Part shown: positions 9,257 through 19,469 of the stretch, piece after piece
Position numbering within the stretch: the stretch's first letter is position 1
How the letters are laid out: the number at the start of each line of letters is the position of its first letter
Origin: Pirellulales bacterium
GTDB lineage: Bacteria > Planctomycetota > Planctomycetia > Pirellulales > JADZDJ01
Length of the DNA: 64,000 bases
Assembly (NCBI GenBank): GCA_963738835.1
Contig: CAVTYH010000001.1
Location: 161,755-225,754 of the forward strand
Reading direction: 5' to 3'
The notes under the pieces: model-generated
Told to the model about the DNA's origin: nothing
What the model saw: only the letters and a program-made list of their open reading frames with translations
Database searches by the model: none
Translations under genes and position numbers: made by a program

Positions 9257-9339
9257 CGAAAAGTCCAAAAGTCGAAGAGTCAAAAAGTGTGATTGCAAAC
9301 TTGCAACTCCGACGCTTGGACTTTTTGACTTTTTGACCC
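9257..9339. repeat. octamer tandem-arm hairpin repeat
   Basis: GTCGAAAA/GTCCAAAA/GTCGAAGA/GTCAAAAA then complementary TTTTGACT units. Confidence 0.75.
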
Positions 9340-9348
9340 TGCTCCTCC

Positions 9349-9888
9349 TCACTCCACGTGGCAATCTAAAAACACGATGTTGCGCGAAGTTGCTCCACCC
9401 ACCGGGCCGTGGAAATCGCTGAAGTCGTACGCCACTTGCACGTAAGCGCTTTTGATCGGTTGGCCCTTGGCGTTTTGCAGCACTTCGGGGCGGGTTTTTC
9501 CAGAGAGCGTCTTTTGGGCGTACTCATAACTTAGTCCTTCCGTGGGAAAGTATTTTTCGTCGTCGGGGCAATTGAACACGGTCTGATTTTCTTCGATGAA
9601 CTTGCCAAGCACTTTGGAAATCGGCGGAATGGTGGGCGTGACGCTGGGCAGAATCGCGGCGTCAGGAAACTTGGCCCGTGGACCGTGGGCGCTCATGTAG
9701 TTTTCGAGCGCCAGCCCGACTTGCCGCAATTGCGATTGGCACTGCGTGCGGCGTGCAGTTTCGCGCGCCCGTTGCACGGCCGGCATGAGCAACGCGATGA
9801 GACCGCCGATGATGGCGATGACGACCAAAAGCTCGACGAGGGTGAAGCCCTGCCGGCATTTTGCCGTTGTCGCTTGTACGTTTACCAT
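9349..9888 (-). CDS. DUF1559-type prepilin-like protein
   Basis: G|[13 protein letters not shown] methylation motif; [23 protein letters not shown]; C-terminal [10 protein letters not shown]. Confidence 0.9.
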   Translation of the reverse strand: MVNVQATTAKCRQGFTLVELLVVIAIIGGLIALLMPAVQRARETARRTQCQSQLRQVGLALENYMSAHGPRAKFPDAAILPSVTPTIPPISKVLGKFIEENQTVFNCPDDEKYFPTEGLSYEYAQKTLSGKTRPEVLQNAKGQPIKSAYVQVAYDFSDFHGPVGGATSRNIVFLDCHVE

Positions 9889-10186
9889 TGTTATCTTTGG
9901 ATCGTCCGCGATCGGTTCTCTGCAACGGACCACGGACAAGGGACCGCAGACAGCATCTATGCGCATAGCATCTCTCCCTGCAGAAAATGATCTGCGATTT
10001 TTTTGCGCGGAAACGGAGGCAGAATGCGGCGCAGTGCCGCAACGGTGGGGGCTGGCGGGGTTAGTGTCTAGTTTCTCGCTGTGCTAGCGAGGTGCCCGGA
10101 GAAGTTCTAAAACATCGAACCCCAGGGTGAAATGAAAGTTTCGCGGAGGAAAAAATGGCGACTGGCCCTGCATCGCATTTTGCCAG

Positions 10187-10242
10187 TGTGTAGCGGCGGA
10201 GCTTGCTCCGCGCTCAAGCGCCGGGCCGAGCCCGGCCGCTAC
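10187..10242 (+). repeat. GTAG REP doublet
   Basis: GTAGCG-GCGGAGC-TT-GCTCCGC..GCCGGGCCGAGCCCGGC-CGCTAC. Confidence 0.75.
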
Positions 10243-10244
10243 GC

Positions 10245-11192
10245 TCAATCGCTACCCGCTCCGCCGCGCAGCAGCTCTTCGAGATGCACTTCAACACAAC
10301 CGGCGAGGATACCGGGGTTGTAACCGCCCTCCAGCACGCTGACCGTGCGGCCGGTGGCATGAACCTTGGCGATCTCCAGCACCATCTGCGAAAGAGCTGT
10401 GAAATCTTCGGTCTCCAATCCGAGCGAACCGACCGGATCGTCGCGATGGCTGTCGAACCCGGCGCTAATGATCACCAGTTGCGGCCGCAGTTGGTCGGCG
10501 AAGTTTTCCAGCGCCGTGCGGAAGCATGACCTATATTCGTCGCGCGGCGTTCCGAATTCCAAGGGCAGATTTAGCGTCGTGCCTAAGCCCGGACCGGAAC
10601 CGGTTTCATCGCTGTCCCCGGTGCCGGGATAAAACGGCCAGCGATGGATCGAGAAAAAACCCACGCGGCCATCGGTCCAAAACGCGTCTTGCGTGCCGTT
10701 GCCGTGATGCACATCCCAATCGACAATCAGCACGCGATCCAGAGCGTGCTCTGCGGTGGCCACTCGCGCACCGATAGCCACGTTGTTGAAGAGGCAAAAG
10801 CCCATAGCATCGGCAGCCAAAGCATGATGGCCCGGCGGCCGCACCAAGCACAATGCATTCTTGTCTTCGCCGCGAACCACTCGATCAATCGCGTCGACCA
10901 CCGCACCCGCGGCCAGCAGAGCCACATCGTACGAGGCTGGCGAAACCACCGTGTCGGCTTCAATCCGGCCGCCGCCATGTTGGGCAAAATCTTTCACACG
11001 GGCCGCGTATTCCGGCCGATGCACACGCGCTAATCGTTCCAGTGAAACCGGTTCCCACGGCTCACGACGGCATTGTGCCACGAGCCCCTGCCGCTCCAGA
11101 TGGCTGATGACCTGCGCCAGCCGCGCCGGTCGCTCCGGATGCGTGCCAGTGGCGTGATCGAGAAAGTGCGGGTGATAGTAAAGCAGGGTCAT
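10245..11192 (-). CDS. histone deacetylase family (class II/AcuC-like) protein
   Basis: HPERPAR, RPPGHHA, GFCLFNN, DWDVHHGNGTQ, SAGFD and LEGGY motifs. Confidence 0.95.
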   Translation of the reverse strand: MTLLYYHPHFLDHATGTHPERPARLAQVISHLERQGLVAQCRREPWEPVSLERLARVHRPEYAARVKDFAQHGGGRIEADTVVSPASYDVALLAAGAVVDAIDRVVRGEDKNALCLVRPPGHHALAADAMGFCLFNNVAIGARVATAEHALDRVLIVDWDVHHGNGTQDAFWTDGRVGFFSIHRWPFYPGTGDSDETGSGPGLGTTLNLPLEFGTPRDEYRSCFRTALENFADQLRPQLVIISAGFDSHRDDPVGSLGLETEDFTALSQMVLEIAKVHATGRTVSVLEGGYNPGILAGCVEVHLEELLRGGAGSD

Positions 11193-11489
11193 TGGAATAG
11201 GAGTACCTGGTGTCTGGTTGTCTGGCAGCGGGTTAGATTGTGATAAATCAACGCCAGCGAATGGCTTACGACGCTATTCAGCCATTCGTGTCTGCCTTGA
11301 CAGCACCGTCGAGCGGCAAGTACCCTTGAGAATGAAGAATTAGTGTATCCGGCGGTCGGCGGGTCGCCTCTCATCAGACCGCGGAACAGAGCAATTTGCG
11401 TTTCAATTCTACCGGTTTGTGCATTGTTCTGCGCGGTTATTCCGGAGAGAAAAAAGCGGTCTGCCGAATGGAGCCAGGGGAGCTAAATC

Positions 11490-12893
11490 ATGCGAAATGA
11501 AACACCTAAGCCAGGCCAATTTTTGATTGCCAGTGCGTGCAGTATCGCATTTCTGGCACTGCTGATGAATTGCTCGCCTGCCGTTGCGCAAAACTTCAAG
11601 CAGTTGCAGCCGGGGACAAGCAATGGTCGGCCCGTGAATACATGGGCGCCCCTGGCTTTGAGTGAAGAAGGAAAAGCCGTTGCCGAAACGCTCAGCGGCG
11701 CCCAACCATTCAATCCGGCAGCGTTCGACAAGTTCTTTAACGAGCTCATGTTTCCGTTGTTCGCTCAATATCAAGAAGTCAAAGTCGGCGCAAAAATGGT
11801 CAGCCCGCTCGTTGGCGGAACCGGCGGCGTCGAAAGCCCTGCGATCATGCGTCAGAGGTTCAAGCAGAATTATGTGCAGAAAGCGACGAATCCACAGATT
11901 CATCAACACCTGATTGACATCACCTTAACCAAGATGAATGAAATCGCCAGCGGCGAATTTCATCCAGTGTGTCGCTACAATGCGATGCTGATGATTGCCG
12001 ACTTGAACGAGGTAGAGCCCGACAGGCCATATAAGAAAGCGCTGGATGCGCTCTTGAAAGGGGCGACGGCGTCCACGTCGATCGATGCGGTGCGCGTGCC
12101 GGCGCTGTGCGGTTTAGTGCGGCAAGCTCACGCGGGAATCGCCGGCGCCGCCAGCGGCGAAGTCATTAACGCCATGCTGGCTCTGCAAGCCCAGCGCATA
12201 CCGCCAGCCGACCGCACGCAAGATGGGCACGATTGGATTTGCCGCCGCGCCATCGACGTGCTCGAAGCCATCGGCAGTCCGGGCCCCAACGGCGCCGTGC
12301 TAACAGCTCTGATGAAAACGGCGGACGATCCGGCCGCTTCCATCGCCGTGCGCACCACCGCCGCCCGCGCAATCGGCAACATCGCTTACTCACCGCCGCA
12401 AAACTTCAATGCGGCGCCGTGGATCAAATCGCTCGGCAAACTGGCGATCGATTGCTACAAGGCCGAGCTTGCCAATGCGGCCGGCCAGCACACGCCGATT
12501 GTGGCCGATCGTTTGAAGCAACAATTGACAGAAATTCGCACCGGCTTGGCAGGACCCGACGGCACGAAAGGAATGATCGTCCTGTCGGCGGGCGCGAAGC
12601 CGAATCAAGATCTGGCGCGGTTGTTGGTCAGTCAGATCGATAATCTGATCGCCAAGTGCAGCACGCCGCTAGCGGCGACGACTCCGCCGAAGATCGTGAG
12701 CATTTCGACGCCGCTAGGGACCTCCGATTTCATGGCCCTGCCGCCCGATCCGCAGAAGCCGTTGGCCGAAGCCCTGCAGAAAGCCGGCGACGAATTGGAG
12801 GCTGCCTTGCAACGTGGACCAGGAGCTGCGCCCGCTGCACCGGCTGCCCCCGGCGCCCTGGGGGGCGCACCAGGGGGTCAAAGCCCGTTTTGA
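11490..12893 (+). CDS. secreted alpha-helical (HEAT-like) hypothetical protein
   Basis: 467-aa ORF, signal peptide ending AVA, GGGGAG RBS. Confidence 0.75.
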   Translation: MRNETPKPGQFLIASACSIAFLALLMNCSPAVAQNFKQLQPGTSNGRPVNTWAPLALSEEGKAVAETLSGAQPFNPAAFDKFFNELMFPLFAQYQEVKVGAKMVSPLVGGTGGVESPAIMRQRFKQNYVQKATNPQIHQHLIDITLTKMNEIASGEFHPVCRYNAMLMIADLNEVEPDRPYKKALDALLKGATASTSIDAVRVPALCGLVRQAHAGIAGAASGEVINAMLALQAQRIPPADRTQDGHDWICRRAIDVLEAIGSPGPNGAVLTALMKTADDPAASIAVRTTAARAIGNIAYSPPQNFNAAPWIKSLGKLAIDCYKAELANAAGQHTPIVADRLKQQLTEIRTGLAGPDGTKGMIVLSAGAKPNQDLARLLVSQIDNLIAKCSTPLAATTPPKIVSISTPLGTSDFMALPPDPQKPLAEALQKAGDELEAALQRGPGAAPAAPAAPGALGGAPGGQSPF

Positions 12894-12940
12894 ATAAAGT
12901 TCACACATGGAAGTGTTTTCGAGAGGCGAAAGGATTCGCT

Positions 12941-15385
12941 GTGCCCGGCTCTAATTCTCAATGCCGCTTGGTTCTGCGTGCCGCCTGCTTGACGGCGGTC
13001 AGTTTGGCAACGTGTTTGCTGAGCGGTTGCCAGTCGGGCTTGCTGCCGCGCGGATGGGGAACTGCGCCCGATGGCAGCGCAAAGAAATCGACGCCCACCG
13101 AAACCCAGTCGGTTGCGAAGAAATCGCCGGCGACAAAGTCGATGGCCGATCCCTACCAGCCGTTGGCCGATGACAACTGGGTGTTGGCGATTGCCGCTCC
13201 CGATCAGACCGAGCCGCCGCGGTATCGCTGGCGGCATCATGTGCTCGACGATATTTTAGCCAGTCCGCGCGACAAACAACCGAATTGGCAAGTGGCGCTG
13301 CAATCGGAAAAGCCCATCGTGGCGGCCAATGCGGCAATTGCGCTCGCACGGCTCGGCGAAGGAGAGCCGGAAGAAGCATTAACAGCGGCGGTTCGCTCCA
13401 CCGAATTGAAGCTGCCAGTGCGTCGCGCCGCAGCCGAAGCCCTGGGCGATGTGCAATCAGAGGCCGCGGTGCAATCGCTGCGCGATCTCGTGGATCAATA
13501 CGGGCAGTTCACCGGCGAAGCCCGATCACGTTACCTGCCAGATTTGCACGCCGAGTTAATTCATGCGCTAGCCCGGCAGCCGCAGACAGCCACCGATGCG
13601 CGCATCGCCGCGGGGTTGAAAAGTCCTGCGCCGTCGGTGAAACGTGAAGCGCTGGATGCCTTGGCATTGGTGCCGACAGAGAAAGCACCCCCCTTGCCGC
13701 CGTTGGCGCTGGATCTTTCGACCGATAGCGATTTGCAAGTCCGCATTTCAGCACTCAAACTGCTGGTCGCGCGGCAGCATCCCCAGGCTGGCGACAAAGT
13801 GCTGCGTGGCTTGTCCGACTACGAATTGCCCGTGCGGCTGGCGGCCATTGAATTGCTCGGTCAAATCGGCGGCGACGAAGCCACGGCGCAGTTAAAGCGG
13901 CTGGCGAACGACTCGGCAGAGATGATTCGAGTTTCGGCCGTGCAGGCCTTGGTTAAACGCGGCGATCGCGACGCGGTGGAAGCGCGGGCCGGCGACAAAT
14001 CGTGGCGAGTACGCCGAGCCGTGGCAGACTCACTGGCAAAATATCCGGATCGGCGGTCCATCAATCTCGCGCAGCAGTATCTTGGCGATGCCAGTCTCGA
14101 AGTGCAGCGCGAAGCTGTCCGCTCGGCGGCCAAGTGGCCGGCGGAAAAAGCGGGCGCTGTGTTGTTTGCAGCCATCGAATCGTCCAGTTATCAAACTCGC
14201 AAAGACGCCGCCACGCTGCTGGCCGATTGCTGGCCGGAGGCGGCCGGCTTCCCGATCGACGCCCCGGCTCCGCGCCGTGCAGAACTGCTGGCCGAATTGC
14301 AAACCAAATGGAACCGGCAGTTCGGCAACATCGACCAGGCAGCAATTGCGGCCGCATCGAAACCGACAACGACAAAAATCTCTCCGCAGCAAGTTGAAAA
14401 GGTGACAGCGCTAATCGACCGGTTGGCCGATCGCCGTGCCGATCGGGCAGATCAGGCCGCCGCCATCGAATCGCTCGTGGTCCTGGGCGATGAATTGCCG
14501 CCGCTGGTGGATGCAGTTTTGGCCGAAGAGAATCACCCTTTGCCGGCGCAGCTTTACCGCGATGTGTTGCCCAAGTGCGGGAAAGAGTTTGAACTGCTGC
14601 GCCAAATGACCGACGGCGACTTGCCTGCACGCCGCACCGCCATAGCTGCACTGGCTAAGCAATCAGAGGGAAAAATCTTGCCCGTCGTGGCGGTCGTTCA
14701 CCTCAAAGATTTATTGCTCTCGGAAACCGATCCGGTCATGTGGCTCCAGGCTTTCAAGTTGATCGATCACGATCCGCGCAAACCGGCAGCGCTGTTGGCC
14801 GCAGCGGGTTTGAGTCACCCCGCGGCGGAAATTCGCCGCCGGGCGTGCGGATACTTCGCAACGTATCCCGATCCGGCGCGAACCGAATCGCTGCTGGCGG
14901 CCTTGTCGGACGAGAATGTCTCGGTGCTGCACGCCGCCTTGCAAGCGCTGGCTGAAGCGCAGCCCCCGGCCGATGTCGGCCCCGTCGAAAAAATACTGGC
15001 GCACGCCGATCATTCGCTGCACCTGGAAGCCGCGATTGTGCTGGTGCGCTGGAACCACGAAGCGGGCCGCGCGGCCCTGGAACGAATGGTCTCGGACGAC
15101 GATCCTCAGCTGCGCCGCAAAACCGCCCAGGCAATCGGCAAACTTGGCGATCCAGCTTTGACGCCGACGCTGATCAAGCTGCTCGACGATCAACAAGATA
15201 TCCGCCGTGCGGCCTTGGTGAGCCTCCGCAGCCTCGTCGGGAGCGATCCGCCGGGTATTTCGGCGTCTGGCGTGCAACCAGCTTCCTATGCCGCTGCCAG
15301 CGATGCTGATGGCTCCTCCGCCACACTGGCCGAACAAGCGGAAAGGTGGAAACAATGGTACAGTCGGCAAAATCGGCAGGAATGA
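12941..15385 (+). CDS. HEAT-repeat lipoprotein
   Basis: lipobox LLSG|C; many L.D....VR..A..AL repeats; GTG start inferred. Confidence 0.85.
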   Translation: MPGSNSQCRLVLRAACLTAVSLATCLLSGCQSGLLPRGWGTAPDGSAKKSTPTETQSVAKKSPATKSMADPYQPLADDNWVLAIAAPDQTEPPRYRWRHHVLDDILASPRDKQPNWQVALQSEKPIVAANAAIALARLGEGEPEEALTAAVRSTELKLPVRRAAAEALGDVQSEAAVQSLRDLVDQYGQFTGEARSRYLPDLHAELIHALARQPQTATDARIAAGLKSPAPSVKREALDALALVPTEKAPPLPPLALDLSTDSDLQVRISALKLLVARQHPQAGDKVLRGLSDYELPVRLAAIELLGQIGGDEATAQLKRLANDSAEMIRVSAVQALVKRGDRDAVEARAGDKSWRVRRAVADSLAKYPDRRSINLAQQYLGDASLEVQREAVRSAAKWPAEKAGAVLFAAIESSSYQTRKDAATLLADCWPEAAGFPIDAPAPRRAELLAELQTKWNRQFGNIDQAAIAAASKPTTTKISPQQVEKVTALIDRLADRRADRADQAAAIESLVVLGDELPPLVDAVLAEENHPLPAQLYRDVLPKCGKEFELLRQMTDGDLPARRTAIAALAKQSEGKILPVVAVVHLKDLLLSETDPVMWLQAFKLIDHDPRKPAALLAAAGLSHPAAEIRRRACGYFATYPDPARTESLLAALSDENVSVLHAALQALAEAQPPADVGPVEKILAHADHSLHLEAAIVLVRWNHEAGRAALERMVSDDDPQLRRKTAQAIGKLGDPALTPTLIKLLDDQQDIRRAALVSLRSLVGSDPPGISASGVQPASYAAASDADGSSATLAEQAERWKQWYSRQNRQE

Positions 15386-15657
15386 ATCGCGCTTAATCGC
15401 GGCCTATCGGCGGGATAGAATGCGATCAGTTCGACCTACGCCGCCGCAAGTGACAGCGTGGGGTGGCGTTAGACCAGTCCTGTTTTCTGCCCCTGAAAGG
15501 CACCCAGACAAAATTGACTCTAAAAATTGTTTTCCAGTGCATTGCGGCCAACTATAATGCGGCTCGTTGCGGTGTTTCGGTTTTTTGTTTGAGAGGCTAG
15601 GTTGGAGTGCGCTGTTGTCGAGATCACTTTTCGTGAAGCGCAATCCATTTTCTTTTG

Positions 15658-17739
15658 ATGAATCGTCAACTCATTCGACGGCAAAACCGTTACTTCTTTG
15701 AGCGCTTAGAAGACCGCCGTATGCTTGCGCTCAGTCTTGGCTGGGCCGCTCAGCTCGGCTCCACCAGCAAGGACCAAGCCAACAGCGTTGCGGTCGATGA
15801 CCTGGGAAACGTTTACGTTGGAGGCACATTTGGTGGCACGGTAGATTTCGATCCCGGAGCCGGAGTCGCAAACCTGACCAGCGCCGGCAGCGACGACGTT
15901 TTCGTAACGAAGTTTGCGGCCGACGGGACCTATCTATGGGCCCGGCGCTGGGGACGTTCTGGCACCGAAAGTCTGAGCGCATTGAAGGTGGATTCGCAGG
16001 GGAATGTGTACACGGTCGGTGCTGTCCAAATCGGTACAATCGATTTTGACCCAGGCCCCGGTACATTCAACCTCACAAGCGCCGGCAATTCGGCGTACGT
16101 CTCCAAACTCGACACCAACGGCAATTTTGTATGGGCGTGCTTGGCGAACTCTTCAGATTCAAGCACTAGTAGCGCTAAAATGGCAACGGCCCTGGCTGTG
16201 GACCATTCCGGCAATCTTTTGATTACAGGCCAATTTCCCGGCACCGTCGATTTCGATCCCGGCGCGGGGGTCGCGAATTTAACGAGTTCCAATTCGACCG
16301 ATATCTTTGTTTGGAAACTCACCACGAGCGGTCAGTATGTTTCGGCGCGCTGCGCCGGTGGTTTGCTTCTGGATATTGGAAATGGAATTGCTGTCGATTC
16401 CACCGACAATATCTACGTCACTGGCACGTTTGGAAACATTGTCGACTTCGATCCCGGCGCCGGCACTTTTAATATGAATGCCGGAAGCTTTGACGACGGT
16501 TTCGTTTGGAAGCTGGATGCGTCGGGCAATTTCGTTTGGGTCCAACAGCTCGCAAGCACGGATTCATTTACGGCCACCGACGTCGAGATCGATTCCGCCG
16601 ACAATGTTCTGGTGACAGGTGGTTTCTACAATACCGTAGATTTCGATCCTGGCGCTGGAACCTATCAACTAACGTCGACAGGCAATTACGATGTGTTTGT
16701 CGTCCAACTCACCTCCGCGGGTAATTTTAATTGGGCCCGCGCCGTGGGAGGCGTAGGACAAGACCTTGGCGCTCGGTTGGCATTTGATAGCCAGGACAAC
16801 GTCGTTGTCGTGGGTCAGCACTGCCAGTCAGCCGATTTTGATCCAGGGCCGTCGACGTTCGTTCTGCCCGGCGGACTCGGACTAACGCAACCCGATGCAT
16901 TCGTCGTTCGACTCACAAATAGCGGAAATCTGATCGACGCCTGGTCGACGGTCGTCGCCGGATTCACCTCGGGCAACGTGGCAACCGCCATTGCGGTCGC
17001 TCCCAGCGGCGATATGTATGTGTCCGGATTTTTCAGCAACACGGCCGATTTCGATACGGGTCCCGGCGTCTTCAATTTGACCGCTCCGGGATCGACCGGC
17101 GTGACCGATGCTTTCGTCGCCAAACTGCTACCGCCAGTGAAGGGCGACATCGATCGCAATGGCTCTCGCACCGCGGACGACATTCCGGCATTGCTCTCTG
17201 CGCTTACGGATTTGAAAAAATATCGCACAACCCAGCTTCTAACGGCTCCTGAGCTGCTCGATATCGCCGATATCAACGGCGATGCAGTTGTTAATAACTG
17301 TGATATTCAGGCGACGCTCGATTTGCTCATCAGCGATCAATCGGCCGGCCAGAGTGGTGGAACGGGCGCAAACGGTGAACAAGCGGAGTTGGCAGGTCCA
17401 TTTGCGCCAAGTGGCGTATGCGACGACATTTCCACTTCACAGCCGGCGGCAAACGTGCATTCAGCGCGACGCGCGGCACCTTCAGCGTCCGCCTTCGCGA
17501 TCGTCTCGCCGGCAGACCACGGGGGCTTAAATAGGCGTTCGAATGCTGTATTGGCGGGGGCGTCGTCAAATTCCCGACGTGTTGAGGTACGTAGTGCACT
17601 CGTCGATCAGGCACTCATTTCGACGCCGACATTTCGCGGCCGGCGTTTTCATTGGGCCACCGATCCATCCGCTGGCGGCGTCGAATCCTTCGAGCTTGAG
17701 CCCTCACATTGCTGGCACTTCGCAGTCCTCAGGCCGTGA
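15658..17739 (+). CDS. planctomycete extracellular protein with SBBP-like beta-propeller repeats and a dockerin-like domain
   Basis: FERLEDRRMLA leader; repeated D..GN.YVTG.F..TVDFDPG; GDIDRNG..ADDI and ADINGD dockerin repeats. Confidence 0.85.
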   Translation: MNRQLIRRQNRYFFERLEDRRMLALSLGWAAQLGSTSKDQANSVAVDDLGNVYVGGTFGGTVDFDPGAGVANLTSAGSDDVFVTKFAADGTYLWARRWGRSGTESLSALKVDSQGNVYTVGAVQIGTIDFDPGPGTFNLTSAGNSAYVSKLDTNGNFVWACLANSSDSSTSSAKMATALAVDHSGNLLITGQFPGTVDFDPGAGVANLTSSNSTDIFVWKLTTSGQYVSARCAGGLLLDIGNGIAVDSTDNIYVTGTFGNIVDFDPGAGTFNMNAGSFDDGFVWKLDASGNFVWVQQLASTDSFTATDVEIDSADNVLVTGGFYNTVDFDPGAGTYQLTSTGNYDVFVVQLTSAGNFNWARAVGGVGQDLGARLAFDSQDNVVVVGQHCQSADFDPGPSTFVLPGGLGLTQPDAFVVRLTNSGNLIDAWSTVVAGFTSGNVATAIAVAPSGDMYVSGFFSNTADFDTGPGVFNLTAPGSTGVTDAFVAKLLPPVKGDIDRNGSRTADDIPALLSALTDLKKYRTTQLLTAPELLDIADINGDAVVNNCDIQATLDLLISDQSAGQSGGTGANGEQAELAGPFAPSGVCDDISTSQPAANVHSARRAAPSASAFAIVSPADHGGLNRRSNAVLAGASSNSRRVEVRSALVDQALISTPTFRGRRFHWATDPSAGGVESFELEPSHCWHFAVLRP

Positions 17740-17989
17740 TCTCCACGAGCGTTGTCATCGCGGGTGGCCCGACATTTTGTCCGGAAGGCGCGAGCGGCAA
17801 GATAACTGGGGAGATAATACGGGACGAGTTCCCAAGAACTTTTCTCCGTTTGACACCTTTTCTCCGCCTCAAGCATGCTTGCCAACCAGCCGCAAACTAA
17901 AAGGTCCAAGGAATGACCGTCGCCAAAGCATAAAACCGAACGGGATGGCGATATTTCTCAATGGCCATGCTGCCGCACCGTAGTGAAAG

Positions 17990-18048
17990 GGAGGGAAAGA
18001 GGACATTGTACTTATCAGAGAAATTCAGAATGTCCCCCTTTTCTTCCC
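17990..18048. repeat. GGGGACATT/AATGTCCCC palindromic repeat
   Basis: AAAGAGGACATTGTACTT..AAATTCAGAATGTCCCCTTT imperfect inverted repeat. Confidence 0.65.
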
Positions 18049-18049
18049 A

Positions 18050-18175
18050 GAGTTGCGATGGGTCTGCAGCATCCAGTTGTTTCGGTGAATTGCCGACGTA
18101 GCGGTACAGTTTCACGGCGGCGGCGAAACCAACGTGTTTTTCATTTAGCCATTGCCCAACTTCGGGTTGTACGAG
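18050..18175 (-). pseudogene. degenerate Rhs-core C-terminal relic
   Basis: PEVGQWLNEKHVGFAAAVKLYRYVGNSPKQLDAADPSQL resembles the Rhs consensus P..GRW...DPiGf..G..NLYrYv.N.P....DPsGl. Confidence 0.7.
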
Positions 18176-18180
18176 CGGCA

Positions 18181-18234
18181 TGTAGGGCAGTCTCTCCGAG
18201 ACTGCCAGTCGAGTCTCGGAGAGACTCGGCTACA
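18181..18234. repeat. GTAG REP doublet, GTCTCTCCGAGAC family
   Basis: TGTAGGGCAGTCTCTCCGAGACTGCC-AGT-CGAGTCTCGGAGAGACTCGGCTACA. Confidence 0.8.
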
Positions 18235-18301
18235 GCCAGCGTCGGCGGCGAAGCGGCTACGATATTCATCCGTCCCATCGTCCTGCGGCTGCGAATGGGC
18301 G

Positions 18302-18589
18302 ATGCGGATCAGGGGATTCATCGGATATGAGACCAGTCCCGTTTTCTGCCCTCTGGCCATCACCCTAGCCGCCGCCATCATCCCGCGCCTGCAAGGCATT
18401 TTGCTAACGGTCGAGGCTCTGGCCTTCTTCATCATCGCAATGATGCTGCTGCCGAAACTGAAACTGTCGCAATTCATGAGCCCGCTGCCCGCAGGGATGC
18501 GAAGCGGAGGAACGATGCCGGGCACGACACAATCCACGCCGCCAACCTCACCGCCGTTTGACGACACGCCGCCGCCGGGCACTACGTAA
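18302..18589 (+). CDS. possible small membrane protein or gene fragment
   Basis: two hydrophobic segments plus a P/T-rich tail, lying between two REPs. Confidence 0.35.
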   Translation: MRIRGFIGYETSPVFCPLAITLAAAIIPRLQGILLTVEALAFFIIAMMLLPKLKLSQFMSPLPAGMRSGGTMPGTTQSTPPTSPPFDDTPPPGTT

Positions 18590-18739
18590 GCGAGTCTCTC
18601 CGAGACTCGCACGCGGTCCCGGCGCAGCCCGTTGGGGCAACGGATAAACACACCCTCACCGCGTAAAACGCTTGCCCCCTCAAACGCGGTAGGGCAGAAT
18701 GGGGTTCTCGCTTCGTTTTCCGCAGCAAAGGAATCGATC

Positions 18740-19362
18740 ATGCTTAACGTTCACGCTCAGCCAGTCGACACCCGCTGGAATGCTGCTCGCAGAGCCGATC
18801 GGACAATCCATGAAATGCTTGGGCTCGTAAAGGGCATTACTGCCGACGGAGTGGTTACCACAGAAGAAACACTCTCGCTTCGAAATTGGATTATCGCTAA
18901 TCCAGAGGCAGTTCAATCATGGCCGGGCGACGTTCTCTACCGACGCCTTGAGGACATCTTTGCCGACGGCGTCGTTGATGACACGGAGCGAAAGGAATCG
19001 TTCGAGTTTCTCCAAGACGTAACCGGAGAACGGTCATTTATCGAAGATGGAAATTCCGCAACCCGATTGCCACTCGACGCTCCGCCGCCGGCGCTTTTGT
19101 TCGAAGACAGGACATATGTATTCACCGGACGCTTTCTTTTTGGAACCCGTCGCGATGTGAGCAAGCTGTCTGCAAGCGCGGCGGTCTGTGCGAAAGCACG
19201 ATCACAAAACGCACGAACTTCCTAATCATCGGCAACCTTGGCAGCCGCGATTGGATTCACACATCGTTCGGTCGCAAAATTCAAAAGGCGGTGGAATACA
19301 AAAATAAAGGGGCGAGCTTAGCGATCATTGCCGAAGAGCACTGGACGCGTCAGCTAGTATAA
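18740..19362 (+). CDS. TerB-like N-terminal + BRCT-domain protein, frameshift near 19157
   Basis: two ADGVV acidic motifs; YVFTGRF..GTR; the shifted frame continues RGG..ITKRTNFLIIG..GRKIQKAVEY..IIAEEHW to TAA. Confidence 0.8.
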
Positions 19363-19469
19363 TTTCGCCTAACTATGCCTGTTACATCCGGATACCGATC
19401 CAAGGCGAGCGACCTTGTGAATAAGACCTGCCCCGTTTTCATTTAGTTTTCAAGAGATGCGGTAATACT

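Noticed and set aside
15655-17140. Recurring GATTTCGATCC DNA repeats
   Set aside because: They simply encode the DFDPG beta-propeller repeats.
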